Below, one piece after another: positions 63,844 to 64,000 of a stretch of 64,000 nt of DNA (within the stretch, counting starts at the first letter, position 1; every line of letters starts with the position of its first letter). Source of the stretch: a virus; IMG/VR virus record IMGVR_UViG_3300022231_000029, one strand, 5' to 3'. A program made the position numbers and the translations under genes. The notes beneath the pieces were generated by a model. That model was not told where the DNA came from, did no database searches, and was given only the letters and a program-made list of their open reading frames with translations.

Positions 63844-64000
63844 TTAGAAGTCTATATCATCCGGTGCAAAAGGTAAGTTTGGCTGAAAATGTGCCTTCCC
63901 CTCAGTCTTCGGTTTCTCTTTTTCCTTCCTGGTTCCAATATAATGAATCACTTCATCCTTATCGAGTTCTACGACTCTATCACTCAGGATTACAAAGTAT
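63844..64000 (-). CDS. partial ORF (3' end) with SSB-like acidic tip
   Basis: translated by hand: ...HFQPNLPFAPDDIDF-stop; 5' end lies outside window. Confidence 0.6.
   Translation of the reverse strand, partial: YFVILSDRVVELDKDEVIHYIGTRKEKEKPKTEGKAHFQPNLPFAPDDIDF

Noticed and set aside
1-64000. Eukaryotic virus or polinton (pPolB, SWIB, histone-like protein, GG cleavage motifs)
   Set aside because: SD sequences, sigma70 promoters, intrinsic terminators, GroES, GH108, lipoproteins and ArdA indicate a bacterial host.
1-64000. Window as a complete circular genome
   Set aside because: Joining 64000 to 1 does not put the partial ORF at 63844-64000 in frame with the ATG at position 7; no terminal repeats seen.

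Overview
The window is part of a large bacterial dsDNA virus genome. It has Shine-Dalgarno sites, sigma70-like promoters, intrinsic terminators and dense overlapping operons, and both window ends fall inside minus-strand genes, so the genome is longer than 64 kb. I infer a tailless, internal-membrane icosahedral virus: I see no HK97 capsid, terminase, portal or tail tube/sheath genes. Instead a late operon (5.1-20.8 kb, minus) has four or five paralogous single-jelly-roll-like capsid genes, a 585-aa Lys/Arg-rich core protein, many tail-anchored membrane proteins and a transglutaminase-like Cys protease. A spike/fibre operon lies at 22.1-29.7 kb (plus), about 70 small early genes at 29.8-52.9 kb, a lysis/cargo operon at 53.0-57.9 kb, and a protein-primed family B DNA polymerase at 59.0-61.3 kb. 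Recognisable accessory genes are ArdA-like, PAPS-reductase-like, J-domain, HipA-N/HipS-like, GroES, SWIB and GH108. The two most unusual observations: (1) four cassettes bounded by inverted arms of GNA-loop mini-hairpins with matched spacers, three carrying four-helix-bundle (IVP/Avd-like) genes and one empty; (2) a candidate virion proteolytic-maturation system, with recurring DFG/MG(G) leader motifs and basic-x-NP domain delimiters in polyprotein-like ORFs next to the protease gene. All family assignments come from motif recognition by eye; no database searches were run.
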